A stretch of 41,545 nucleotides of DNA, taken from assembly GCA_012862495.1 (NCBI GenBank), contig BLSG01000238.1, forward strand, positions 1 to 41,545, written 5' to 3'. A model generated the notes under the pieces. The model was not told the origin of the DNA. It was given only the letters and a program-made list of their open reading frames with translations, and did no database searches. Positions 1-10,900 of the stretch are shown here, piece after piece. How positions within the stretch are numbered: position 1 is the stretch's first letter; each line of letters opens with the position of its first letter. Made by a program: the position numbers and the translations under genes. This DNA comes from Thraustochytrium aureum (Eukaryota).

Positions 1-13
1 TTAGTGCTGTGGT

Positions 14-1044
14 TCACGCCCTGCGGCGCTTTCCCTGGGAGCGCCGCTGCCTTGCAGGGTTGTCATCCTGCTCCTCCTCGTCCTCCTCGTCCTCGTCCTC
101 ATCCTCCTCTTCGTCCTCCTCCGGCGCCTCATCCTCGTCGCTGCCGTCGTCGTATATCACTGGGCCAGCCCTACTACTCTGTTTTCTTTGGGACACGGCC
201 CGCTTTTTCCCGCGCTTCTCTGTCGGGCGTTGGCTGCTGCGACCGCCCACTTCCGGCGCATCGTCGTTCTCGCTCTGCTCTTCGTCTGCGGCGGGGGCGG
301 CATCGTCGAAGGGTTTGTTGAGCGTATCCTGGTACCAGGCCCTATACGTCTTTGTGACAATCACGGGGAAGTGGTTGATCTCGCACACCCGAGCGCCGAG
401 GCTGAGTAGGTCGTCCTCTAGCTCGGCAAGCGTCCGCACGCTTGCCGTCCACTTGCGTTTGCTGTTATTGTCGCGCACGAGCCACTTGTTATTCTCGAGC
501 TTTTTTAGAGGCTGTGCAGGTCGACGGATTTGTCAACCGTGGCCTTGACGTCTTCCACGTCAAAGTTGCCGCGCTTGCTCTTGACGAGGAAAGAAAGGAT
601 CTCCTTGAAAGCGACAGCCTCCTTGTCCTTCAGGTCGGTGCCGTGCACAGATATATCGTCCTTCTTGGTGCTCACGAGCACCCAGTACACCAGGTTGTCT
701 GTCCACACGGCGCGCCGCTTCTTGGTCTGCAGCGACATGTTGAGCTCGTTCAGCTTGTCGTTGATCGCCTGCATGAAAAAGTCAAACTTTTCCGTGTTGT
801 CCAAGGTGGGGTTCTCGGTGACCTCAAGCACTCGGTTGGCAAGCTTGAAGAGCCTCTCCAGCGGCACGGCCCTGCGCAGCGCCGTTCCCCGTACCAGTCA
901 GTCAGTGCGTCAGTCAGTCAGCCCCAAACGCCAAGCAGACCCGGCGCGACGCGGCGCCGGCGTGTGCTCCTTCTCGACTCACCCTTCGCGCACCAGCACC
1001 TGGAGAACAGCCCTGTGGGCATCCCCGTACTCGACCTCCGCCAT
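14..1044 (-). CDS. NSE1: Non-SMC element 1 (Nse1) homolog of the SMC5/6 complex; 2 exons (1044-983, 871-14) with one apparent frameshift near 505-510
   Basis: Exon 1 gives MAEVEYGDAHRAVLQVLVREG, then GTGAGT donor, CTGAC repeats and CAG acceptor (intron 982-872). Exon 2 continues AVPLERLF...FMQAINDKLNELNMSLQ...YWVLVSTKKDDISVHGTDLKDKEAVAFKEILSFLVKSKRG and, after a 1-nt shift, LKKLENNKWLVRD...WTASVRTLAELEDDL. This follows the Nse1 winged-helix pattern (HR.FLQ.L; FIN.IN..L; Y.LVN; L..LV...WL; R.L.ELE.YL). Confidence 0.8.
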
Positions 1045-1169
1045 CCCGCAAGACTCGGACTCCGCCTCGCGCCTCTGTGGCTCGTGCAGGCCCACGCCCT
1101 GCTCGCGTTGCGGCTCTGCCTGCGCCGCGCCAGCTCGTCCGGCCGAAGGCGAACTCGTGAACGCGACAC

Positions 1170-1400
1170 GACCTAACCTTTTCAATTCAAAAACCATATC
1201 GACCCTAACCCAACCCTCTACAAACCCGAACGGCCCTCTGCATAGGATCACCCTGACCAAACCCTCTAAAAGATCTAGACCCCCTAAAACACGGGCGTGA
1301 GCAGCCGTAGTGGAGGCGTGCCCTGACCTGACCCTCTATTAATACTTTCAATAATGAATTTGTGTGAACAAATAATATAGAGGGCAGTCCTCTATGATTA
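1170..1400. promoter_or_regulatory. Putative divergent promoter region between NSE1 and FKBP12, AT-richer, with telomere-like ACCCTAA and repeated CCCTCTA motifs
   Basis: Lies between head-to-head genes. CCCTCTA at 1214, 1262 and 1332, its reverse complement at 1378, and ACCCTAACCC at 1202. Confidence 0.35.
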
Positions 1401-1419
1401 CTTTACCTTCTACAGTGTG

Positions 1420-1482
1420 GTATTTTGCGGAGAACAAAGATATAGAGGAGTGTGTATTTTGCGGAGAACAAAGATATAGAGG
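1420..1482. repeat. Tandem repeat, 34-bp period (29-bp identical core GTATTTTGCGGAGAACAAAGATATAGAGG), running into an assembly gap
   Basis: Identical copies at 1420-1448 and 1454-1482; a degenerate copy near 1361-1384. Confidence 0.85.
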
Positions 1483-1736
1483 NNNNNNNNNNNNNNNNNN
1501 NNNNNNNNNNNNNNNNNNNNNNNNNNNNNNNNNNNNNNNNNNNNNNNNNNNNNNNNNNNNNNNNNNNNNNNNNNNNNNNNNNNNNNNNNNNNNNNNNNNN
1601 NNNNNNNNNNNNNNNNNNNNNNNNNNNNNNNNNNNNNNNNNNNNNNNNNNNNNNNNNNNNNNNNNNNNNNNNNNNNNNNNNNNNNNNNNNNNNNNNNNNN
1701 NNNNNNNNNNNNNNNNNNNNNNNNNNNNNNNNNNNN

Positions 1737-2195
1737 GACGCGGGTCAACGGTCGTGGTGCACGCCACCGGCGTCGTCAAGGAGAACGGGTTCAAGTTTTG
1801 GAGCACCAAGGACCCCGGTAAGTGGGAGCGTTTGCGGCGGTGGGCAGGGCGCGCCGCGAGGGCAGGCTGGCTAATGCGGGTTGTGCGGAGCAGGCCAGCA
1901 GCCGTTTGAGTTTCAGGCGGGCGTCGGCGGGGTCATCAAGGGCTGGGACCAAGGCTGCGTAAGTTGGGTGGTGGCTTGTGCCCCGGGGGCCTGCACCGCC
2001 ATGGCGCTACGCTTCCTCTCTGACGGCCAAGTTGCAACCTGCGGGGACCCCGCGCAGCTCGGCATGAAGGTCGGCGAGATCCGCGACCTCGTCATCCCCG
2101 CCCACGAGGGCTACGGAGCGGGCGGCTTTCCGGCGTGGAAGATCCCCCCGAACGGAACGCTCATGTTCCAGATCGAGGTCCTCCAGATCAAATGA
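1737..2195 (+). CDS. FKBP12: FKBP-type peptidyl-prolyl cis-trans isomerase, FKBP12-like; 5' end in gap; exons <1737-1817, 1894-1958, 2058-2195
   Basis: Spliced translation: ...GSTVVVHATGVVKENGFKFWSTKDPG|QQPFEFQAGVGGVIKGWDQGC|LGMKVGEIRDLVIPAHEGYGAGGFPAWKIPPNGTLMFQIEVLQIK*. Contains the FKBP signatures VIKGWD and YG..G...IPPN.TL.F.IE. GTAAGT donors at 1818 and 1959. Confidence 0.93.
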
Positions 2196-2348
2196 TCGTC
2201 GCGAACTTTTTAAAATGCGCGCCTTTCTCTTGCTCCTCGTAGAAAGAACCAAACAGCACGATTCGTTGGCTCCCCGGCGTGGTACTTTACATCTAACCTA
2301 GCAGACAACTCCAGTGCACAGCCGTGTTTCACGGCAGCCTGTCCCAAG

Positions 2349-3689
2349 TCAATTGGACAAAGCTGCGGAACCAGCCCCTTTCCGGAGCCGCATGTTTTCG
2401 GCCTCCAACTCTTTCATGTGAGTAAAAAGCGCGTACACCTGCTCCTGGATCTGCGCTTCCACCGCGTCGCGCTGCCGAAGCTCTTCGGAGACCTTGGAAA
2501 GCTGGGACTCAAACATGCGGTTCTGCACGTACAGCTCGCTTGCCTCCTCCTCCAGGGAGGCCAGCTTGGCGCTGAATCTTGCCCTTTCGCGCTCGTGCTC
2601 TCGCTGCTGCGAGTCCATTTGCTGCGCCAAGAGCTGGCCCATCTTCTTGTGGTCGTTCTTGGTCTGCAAGCGCGCTGCCTGCGAGACGCGCATGGCCTCC
2701 AGCTGCTGAATATAGTATTCGAGCCGTGTCTGCGACTCCCGCAGGTCGCCCTCCAACTCCTTTTGGCGGCGCTTCGCCCGCCGGACCTCCGAGCGGCTGG
2801 CCCCTTCTTCACCAAGCCCTTTGGCGCGCTTGAGCTCCAAGACGCGCGCATTCAGTTCTTGGACCGTGCGCTTGAGCTCCGCGATGGTATGATCTCGCGT
2901 CTCGATCATCAAGAGCAGTTGCTGCTCGGCCTGGGAGTGCATCTCCGGAAGCGCTCCCGCTCCCGAGCCGGCGAGCGCTTGAGCCGCTGCGCTATTCGCG
3001 CGCAGCTGCGCTTCCGGGCTTTGCCCTGCAAGCGGGACGGCGTGGGTCGGCTCGCTTGCCGCAGACTGCCTGGACGCTCTACCCACAGAGTCCGTTTCTG
3101 GGCCGTCCGGCGTCGGCGATGGGCTCGGCTCGGGCCGGCCGGCGAGCCCGGCAGCCTCGCCGCGCTTGGTAGAGTGTTCCTTGATGTCCTTGAGCGTCGT
3201 CTCCAGCTCAAGGTTGCGTTTGTACAGCTTCCGAATCACAGCTTCCGCAACGCTCAGCTTGTCCGGCGAAGCGGTCCTGTCCGCACCACTCGACGAGGCT
3301 TCGACGCCGCGCGCGTCCTGCCCTCTCGCACCCGCGCCGTCGCTGGCGTCCTCCCGCTTCCCCAGCTGGCGTCCGGCGGGGTCTCCCGCATAGTAGGCCT
3401 TGATATGCGCCAGGTCCGACATGGCGCGTTCCAGTTCTGCGTCCAAGTCTTTCGTCGAAGCGCGCTTGCCCGCGTCGCCATCCCTTGCGCCGCATCCTCC
3501 CCCCTCTCGCGGCCCGCCTCCCCCGCTCCCCGCCACGCACAGAGCGCGAGCGCGAGCGAGAGGGCGACGCGCTTCCTCCCCGCCCCCTCCGCGTCGCGCG
3601 CGATTCGGCTCTGCTCCCGCTCCACTCTGCCTTCTCACCAACGGCCATCTCGCCCCGCAGCTCGACGAACAAGCGAACAGCTCCTCCAT
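2349..3689 (-). CDS. Hypothetical coiled-coil protein; start codon uncertain (ATG at 3689 or 3422, or an unrecognised intron)
   Basis: Long ORF with heptad-rich E/K/R/Q/L segments (AEAVIRKLYKRNLELE; FSAKLASLEEEASELYVQNRMFESQL), convergent with FKBP12. Confidence 0.65.
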   Translation of the reverse strand: MEELFACSSSCGARWPLVRRQSGAGAEPNRARRGGGGEEARRPLARARALCVAGSGGGGPREGGGCGARDGDAGKRASTKDLDAELERAMSDLAHIKAYYAGDPAGRQLGKREDASDGAGARGQDARGVEASSSGADRTASPDKLSVAEAVIRKLYKRNLELETTLKDIKEHSTKRGEAAGLAGRPEPSPSPTPDGPETDSVGRASRQSAASEPTHAVPLAGQSPEAQLRANSAAAQALAGSGAGALPEMHSQAEQQLLLMIETRDHTIAELKRTVQELNARVLELKRAKGLGEEGASRSEVRRAKRRQKELEGDLRESQTRLEYYIQQLEAMRVSQAARLQTKNDHKKMGQLLAQQMDSQQREHERERARFSAKLASLEEEASELYVQNRMFESQLSKVSEELRQRDAVEAQIQEQVYALFTHMKELEAENMRLRKGAGSAALSN

Positions 3690-4023
3690 GAGCGAAGAAC
3701 GATTCCCTGTACGTCTTCCAAGCGATGATCCTCCTCGAATAGCTCCCTGTACCGAAAGATGACCCTCGTTGCATCCTCTAGCAAAGTGGAGGTGGGAGGG
3801 ACCGTGTGCGAGAGTCACGTCCTCGTGTGGCGCTCTGGCGGGTTTGGACTCTGCCGCAAACGGGTGCGCGAGAGAGAGAGAGAAGGAGGGAAGGAGACGC
3901 ACGCCAGAGCGAGCAGCAGCAGGCACTCAGGCAGGCAGCGAGGAGGCAGCGAGGCAGGCAGCGAGGCAGGCGGAGAGGCAGACGCGAAGGGGAGGGAGTC
4001 GGAGAGGGGCGCGGGCAGGCAGG

Positions 4024-4774
4024 ATGGTGAGTGCGGCCGGGTTTGCTGGCGACGACGCTGATGCTGAAGAATGATGATGATGATGATGATGTTGAGGATG
4101 GCGAGGATGGCGATGGCGAGGAGGAGGACGGTCAAGCACCCTTTGATGCGGGCGGGGCCGCGCGCAGGGAAGGAGTGGGTGATGTGGATGGGCGACTGAC
4201 GGTGCAGTGCATGCGCAGGCGGACCCCAGGTTTAGCGGCAAGCTGATTGGGGTGATTGGGGACGAGGTGAGTTGCCGTGCGGCAGGTGGCGGCTCTGGCC
4301 GGTCGAACTGACGGGCATGGAGATGCAGGACACCNNNNNNNNNNNNNNNNNNNNNNNNNNNNNNNNNNNNNNNNNNNNNNNNNNNNNNNNNNNNNNNNNN
4401 NNNNNNNNNNNNNNNNNNNNNNNNNNNNNNNNNNNNNNNNNNNNNNNNNNNNNGGTGGTCAACAGCGGTAAGTCGGAGCGAGTGCGAAGGCGTCTGTGCG
4501 AGCACACGTGCTGACTGACTGGCCGGGGTTGCGGTTTGGGCGCGCAGAAACGCAACCGGCCGACGTGCTCAAGTTCTTCGAGGCGCTCACCAAGCGCGAT
4601 GACGTTGCGATGATCCTCATCAACCAGCACATTGCCAACCTGATCCGCCATGCCATCAACAACTACGTGCAGCTCGTGCCGACAGTGCTTGAGATCCCCT
4701 CCAAAGACCATCCGTACGACCCCTCCAAGGACACCGTTTTGCGACAGGTCAACATGCTCTTGGGCGGCGAGTAG
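4024..4774 (+). CDS. ATP6V1F: V-type H+-ATPase V1 subunit F; exons 4024-4026, 4219-4266, 4329-(gap)-4467, 4548-4774
   Basis: Spliced translation: M|ADPRFSGKLIGVIGDE|DT...VVNS|ETQPADVLKFFEALTKRDDVAMILINQHIANLIRHAINNYVQLVPTVLEIPSKDHPYDPSKDTVL. Hallmark motifs VIGDEDT and LEIPSKDHPYDPSKD; canonical splice sites and CTGAC branch points. Confidence 0.95.
4071..4091. repeat. (ATG)n microsatellite in the first intron of the V-ATPase F gene
   Basis: ATGATGATGATGATGATGATG seen directly. Confidence 0.8.
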
Positions 4775-4932
4775 CGCGGCTCGCTCGCTCCCCTGTCGCC
4801 GCCCGCCCAACAGGTTCAGATCTCTCTTTGGCAACCAAAATCGTAAAACACAACTTTCACTTTGTTCACCCAGCGCGCGTCCCTTCAGAATTCAGAAGAG
4901 ACTCACGTCGAGATTCGAGAAGGTTCTGCACG

Positions 4933-7900
4933 CTACACAGAGTCGGCGTCAGACTCAAACTCTCCAGCAGAGTCTGAGGCCGTCGGAGCGGCTCGCAGCT
5001 GTCGAGGCACTCCGATCTCTCTCGGTGCCGCCTTCGCCGGTGCTGCAATGGACGAGAAGAACGACAGAAAGCCCCCGCTTTCGGTCTGTTCGACCTCTTT
5101 GTCGTGCGCCTCGCGCAACTCCGAGGGACTGAAATGAAGGATGGTCCCAATCACGGGGACCAGCTGCGCGCGCTCTTCCTTGGGCGCGCCAAAGTACTTG
5201 AGCATCACGTTCTTCAAGTATTCTGTCGTGCTTTCTGCATCTTGCACGGGCTCGCCTCGCCCGTGTTCGAGGCTTGGGCCAGCAGACTCGCCGCCAGCAA
5301 AGGCCTTGGAACGGGCGTTTGCACGCTTGAGCTGGTCAACCTCCGCCTCGCACTCCCGCACCTTGCGCTGTTGCGCCTCAAGCTGCGTGGCGCGCTCCAC
5401 GAGCTGGCCTTCGAGGTCCTTCACGCGTCGCTCGAGGCCCTTCACTTGCGCGTCCCGCCGGGCCTGCGTCTGCGCGAGCTGCACGAATTGGTACTCATCG
5501 CTGTTCTTGAGCTTGTACTCGAGCTCCTCCTCGCGCTTCATCACGCGCTCCTCAACCTCGCGCATTTTGCTCTCGAGCGCGGAAATCTCCTTGTCCTTCT
5601 CTGCGACGAGCTGGCGGGCATTGTCGTTGCGGGACTTCATCTGCCGCCTCAGCTCTTGCGTTTCCGCTTCCAGGGCTGCCACTTGGGTCTCGTGCGACTC
5701 GCGCAATGCGCCGAGTTGGGCATCATGCTCGCTCCTGGACGACGCAAGAGCGGCCTCCAGTTCCTTTGCGCGGCAGGCCTCTTCGTCCAGGGAGGCCTGC
5801 GCGGCGCGGGCTTGAGCCTCGAACGCTTGCGCCTCTGTGAGGGCCTTTTTGAGTGCCTGTACATCGGCCGCAAGCTCAGCTGCACGAGCACGCTCGACCT
5901 CCACCTCTGCCACCGAGCGCTCAAGCTGCTCTTGGGCCGTCTCGTGCGCAGCTTTGGCCTGCTTGACCTTCAAGATCGTTCGCTTTTTGTAGTCGTGCAG
6001 GTCGTTCTCGGCTTTGCTGGCGCGCTCCTCCGCTTGACTGACTCGCTCGGCCTGCATGCGCAGCTCCTCGGCCTGGGCATCTTGCGCACGCCGAAGAGAC
6101 TGCTCCAGCTTTTCGGTTTCCGCTCGGCGCTCCTCGCTCTCGCGCTCGAGCTTGAGCTTCTCTTCACGGGCCGTTTGCAAGGCTTGCTCTGTCTGCTCGG
6201 CTTGCGCCCGCAGCGCCGCCGCTTTGCTCTCCGCCTCCCTTGCACTAGAGTCGGCAGCAGCGCGCAGCTCCTCGATTTGCTTCGTTGCGGCTGACAGCTC
6301 TTCCTCGCGGGTAGCGAGCGATGCGGCGCGGTCCTTGGCGCGGGCCTTGTACTCTTGCGCTTTGCTCACCAAGCCAGCATGGGCCTCCTCGAGCGCAGCA
6401 AGCTTGGCCGCGCTCTCCTCGAGGTCCTCCACACGCGCTTCGGCTGCCTTGGCGCGCGCCTCGGCAGTCTCGAGCTGCTCGAGGCAGCTCTCGTATTCGC
6501 GTTGCGACGCGGCGAGGTCATGGGCGACCTGCGCCATCTTTTCGCGGGCCTCGGCGATGGCCGATTCGAAGGCCGACCTCTCGGCCTCCATCGCGGCTAG
6601 TTGCGTGCGCAAGGAGGCCGCCTCATTCTCGAATTGCTTTTGCTTCTTCAGGATCAGCGCCTTTGACTTGTCGATGATCTCTTTCTTCTTGCTCTGAAAG
6701 AGCTCGTCCATCTCGGCCTTTTGCGCGAAAAGCGCCGCTTCCTGCGCGCTTGCCGCCTTGGCGAGGCTTTCGCGCGCTTCCGCAAGCTCTGCTTGCAGCG
6801 CATCGGCAACCGTTTGGCGCTCGCCAGAGCTGGCAAGCTCTTGCTGCAGCTCTGCGACGGTCAACTGCGCGGTCGCCAATAACTCTTCAGAGCGCGCAGA
6901 CGCTTTCTCTGAAGCGGCGAGCCTATCCTCGAGCTCTGCAACCTGCTCGGCCAAGAGCGCCTGCCCTCGGGCACCTGCTTCTCTTTCCCGCAAAAGCTGC
7001 TCCTCGAGCGCGGCAGTCGATGCGGCGTCGATGTCGCGAGCTCGCGCAAGGGCGCAGACCCTCTCCTCAGCTTCTTGGGCGGAAGACTGCGCTGCTGCGA
7101 GCGCGGCGCGCGCGCTCTCTGTTTGGGCGCTCAGAGCGGCCTCTGCGACTGCAAGTTTTGCTGCGAGGTCCCCAGCACGCGACTCTGCTCCCCCAGCTGC
7201 GCGCAACTGTCCCTGAAGTTCGGCAACCCTCTCCTCCAGCGTCGACACAGCAAGNNNNNNNNNNNNNNNNNNNNNNNNNNNNNNNNNNNNNNNNNNNNNN
7301 NNNNNNNNNNNNNNNNNNNNNNNNNNNNNNNNNNNNNNNNNNNNNNNNNNNNNNNNNNNNNNNNNNNNNNNNNNNNNNNNNNNNNNNNNNNNNNNNNNNN
7401 NTGTGCTTTCTCAAGGGCTACTCGGGCCGACTCTTCCGCCGTGCGTGACTCGACAAGCTCGGTATGGGCTTGCTCCGTCCGCGGTTCGGAGTTGCACAAA
7501 CTCCTCACGCATGCTCGCAAGCTCCTGGCCAGCCTCGTCGATCGAGTCGCGCGCTCGGCGGAGCTCCTCGAGCTCGTGTTGTGCGCCTTCAAGCGCCGCT
7601 TTGGCGCGCGCTGCACGGTCCTCGGCCTCGTCCCCTGCACGTTTCATCTCTGCACAGTCACTGCGGAGGCTGTCCCGCTCGGCTCGCAAGGCGTTGCACT
7701 GCGCGGACGCCTCGCGCTCTTGTGCTGCACTCGCAGCGGCGGCTTGCTCGGCAGAAGCGCTTGCTGCGGCGAGAGCCGCCTCCAATTCGAGGAGGCTGGA
7801 ACGAAGCGTCTCGGCGTTTCCCGACGACGCTTCGGCCTCTTCTTGGGCAGCACGTAACTCTGCGCGTACCGACTCCAGTTCGGTTTTCGCTGAGCTCAGG

Positions 7901-10900
7901 GCCATCTCCTTGCCCTGAAGCTCGATTGTGACGCGCGCGACCTCGGCTTGCGCCTCAACTAGTGAAGCAGCTGCAAGCTGGTTGGCGCTCGCCGCACTCT
8001 CCAGCGCGGCCACCTGGTTCTGGAGAGACACGGCGTTGCTCTGGGCGTCAGCGAGCTCGGCGCGAGCGCCCTCAAGGAGCCGCAAAAGATTTGCCCTTTC
8101 AGCCTCCGCATTTTCACGAACCTGTTGCAGCGTGGCCTCCAAGGTGTGCTGGTGGGCCTGTTCAAGCTCTTCTCGAAGGATGTCAAGGCGCTTGTCCTGC
8201 TTGCTCAGCTCGCTTTCGAGCGCCGCAGCGTTCTCGCTCTTAATTACCTCGATACGGGACCCGAGTTCCGCGTGCTCACTCACAAGGCGGTTGTGCGCGT
8301 CGCGTGCTGCAGCGAGTTCCTTTGCCCGCGAAACAACTTTCTTTTTGAGCCCTTCGATTTTGGCTTTCGAGTCCTTCAGCTGACCATGGAGCTCCTCCGC
8401 GCGGGCTTCTGCACGCGCAGTTTCNNNNNNNNNNNNNNNNNNNNNNNNNNNNNNNNNNNNNNNNNNNNNNNNNNNNNNNNNNNNNNNNNNNNNNNNNNNN
8501 NNNNNNNNNNNNNNNNNNNNNNNNNNNNNNNNNNNNNNNNNNNNNNNNNNNNNNNNNNNNNNNNNNNNNNNNNNNNNNNNNNNNNNNNNNNNNNNNNNNN
8601 NNNNNNNNNNNNNNNNNNNNNNNNNNNNNNNNNNNNNNNNNNNNNNNNNNNNNNNNNNNNNNNNNNNNNNNNNNNNNNNNNNNNNNNNNNNNNNNNNNNN
8701 NNNNNNNNNNNNNNNNNNNNNNNNNNNNNNNNNNNNNNNNNNNNNNNNNNNNNNNNNNNNNNNNNNNNNNNNNNNNNNNNNNNNNNNNNNNNNNNNNNNN
8801 NNNNNNNNNNNNNNNNNNNNNNNNNNNNNNNNNNNNNNNNNNNNNNNNNNNNNNNNNNNNNNNNNNNNNNNNNNNNNNNNNNNNNNNNNNNNNNNNNNNN
8901 NNNNNNNNNNNNNNNNNNNNNNNNNNNNNNNNNNNNNNNNNNNNNNNNNNNNNNNNNNNNNNNNNNNNNNNNNNNNNNNNNNNNNNNNNNNNNNNNNNNN
9001 NNNNNNNNNNNNNNNNNNNNNNNNNNNNNNNNNNNNNNNNNNNNNNNNNNNNNNNNNNNNNNNNNNNNNNNNNNNNNNNNNNNNNNNNNNNNNNNNNNNN
9101 NNNNNNNNNNNNNNNNNNNNNNNNNNNNNNNNNNNNNNNNNNNNNNNNNNNNNNNNNNNNNNNNNNNNNNNNNNNNNNNNNNNNNNNNNNGCTTCTCTAG
9201 CTCGGCTGCGCGTTGCTCGGCTGCGCGCGCGGCCTCATCGCCGCCCTCGCGCGCTTCGGCGAGCTGCTGTTCGATTTTCTCCTTTTTCACTTGCAGCGTG
9301 CTGCGCTGAAGCGCGCGAAGCGGCGAGTTGCTCTTCCAAATTGGCGCAACGAGCTTGCTCTTGCTGCGCAAAGTCCGCAGCCTGCGCCTGTGCCGATTCC
9401 TTTGCTTCGATCAACTCCGCCTCCAGCCGCTTCACCACAGCATTCACTTGCTCAAGCTCATCTCGTGCAGCTGCCCTGAGCATCTGCTCCTCCACCGAGT
9501 CCGCTGCACCTTTCGACGACTCCTCGAGCTGCAGGATCTCAGCTCGCGCGGCTTCCAGCTCGGCGCTGTAATCCGCAAGCGCTTGCGCGTGATCGCTCTC
9601 GGCAGCCTGAAGCTGCTCGCGGAAGGCATTGAGCTCGGCCTGCGCTTGCTCGAGTTCAGATTGAATGGCGCGGTCAGCGGCCGCAGTGGCTTGTTCGAGT
9701 TTGCTCTCAAGCTCGTCTCGCTCCGCAGCGGCCTTGCTCAGTTGTGCTGCGCTCTGCTCGGCTGCTCTGGCTGCTTCGTGCTGAAACCCCGCGGCGCGCA
9801 AGTTGGCCTCCTCGGCCTCGGCGCACAAGACCTCGACCTTGCGGCCAAGTTCAGCCAGCTCGTCCTCCAGGGACGCCCGATCTTCTTGCTTGGACTGCTC
9901 CAGCTGCTCGCAGATAGAGCGGAGGCTTTCGTTTTCGCGTTTCGCAGACTCCAAGCGCTCGTTGATGTCTTGCTGCGAGTCAGCTAGATGCTGCACACGC
10001 GAGAGCAGTTCGTCCCGCTCGCGGTCCGACTCGATCGCGCGGTCCTGGAGCTCCCGAAGCTTGGCTTTTAGGCGATTGTGCGCCTGCTCACTTATCTCAA
10101 GCTGGTCGCGCAGCTCGTCGACCTGGTCGCCATTCTCACTGCGCGGGGACGGCTGTGGCGCAGCCTCGAGGGCCTCAATGTGCGCCTGCGCAAGAGCGAG
10201 CTTTGACTTTTGCTCGTCGAGAGCCTCTTTGAGCGAAGCGCGCTCCGCGATGAGTTTGTCAAGCTCGGCGTCTGTTTGTAGCTTGGCCTCTTGAAGCGCA
10301 TCGCGAGCAGCTACGAGGTCGTCCACGAGGTTCGGCTGGCCGGCATCGGGTGCGACGACGCCGCCAGCCTTGGCCTGTTCGCTTGCTTGAGCTGCTTGCA
10401 CGGCCTCGTCGCGCTGAGCCTTGAGTTCTCGGCACTTGGCGATGACTTCGGTCATCTTCTCCTTGAGCGTGGCATTCTGCTGGGCCTTTTCCTCGAGCTG
10501 CTTCTTAACGGACTCCACGTCCTCGTCCATGCGGGCTGGGGGGGGCTGGCTGCTTTGCGCTGCGGTGAGTTCGGCCTGCAGGCGGTCGTTGTCCGCCTTG
10601 AGTTCCTTGTACTTGGATAGCACTTTGACGAGCTGTTTTTTCAACTTTTCCGACTCGCCAGAAGCTTGCGACGCAGACGCGTCGCCGCCCCCTTGAAGGC
10701 CGGCTCGAGCGTCGTCTCGCTCCTTTTTGTACTCTTTGCACTTTTCCACAACGGTCCGCATCTGCTGCTTCAGATTAAGGGATTCCTTTGCCGCTGCCTC
10801 GCGCTCTTCAGCAAACTTGGCCATGAGCGCGTCCAGCTTGCTCTTGTACTTGGCAACCGCTTCGGACGTGTCTGCTCGCGACGAAGGCTCGCTTCCCTCT

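Noticed and set aside
495..515. Programmed frameshift or stop-codon reassignment at CTC TAA AAA AGC in NSE1, and at the other frameshifts
   Set aside because: Homology continues in another frame, so it is not readthrough. Frameshift sites across genes share no motif, and some lie in homopolymers (T-run at 17373), which fits assembly error. TAA, TAG and TGA all end genes normally here.
1170..1290. Telomere or chromosome end
   Set aside because: Only isolated, degenerate CCCTAA-like units, flanked by genes on both sides.
1420..1482. CRISPR-like repeat of about 29 bp
   Set aside because: Only 5 nt separate the copies, so there are no spacers. There are no cas genes and the context is eukaryotic.
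2418..10620. Long plus-strand ORFs antisense to the coiled-coil and golgin genes (for example 2418-3728, 5104-6294, 9328-9987)
   Set aside because: These Leu/Arg-rich shadow ORFs are expected opposite GC-rich, E/Q/K-biased coding sequence and show no domain signatures.
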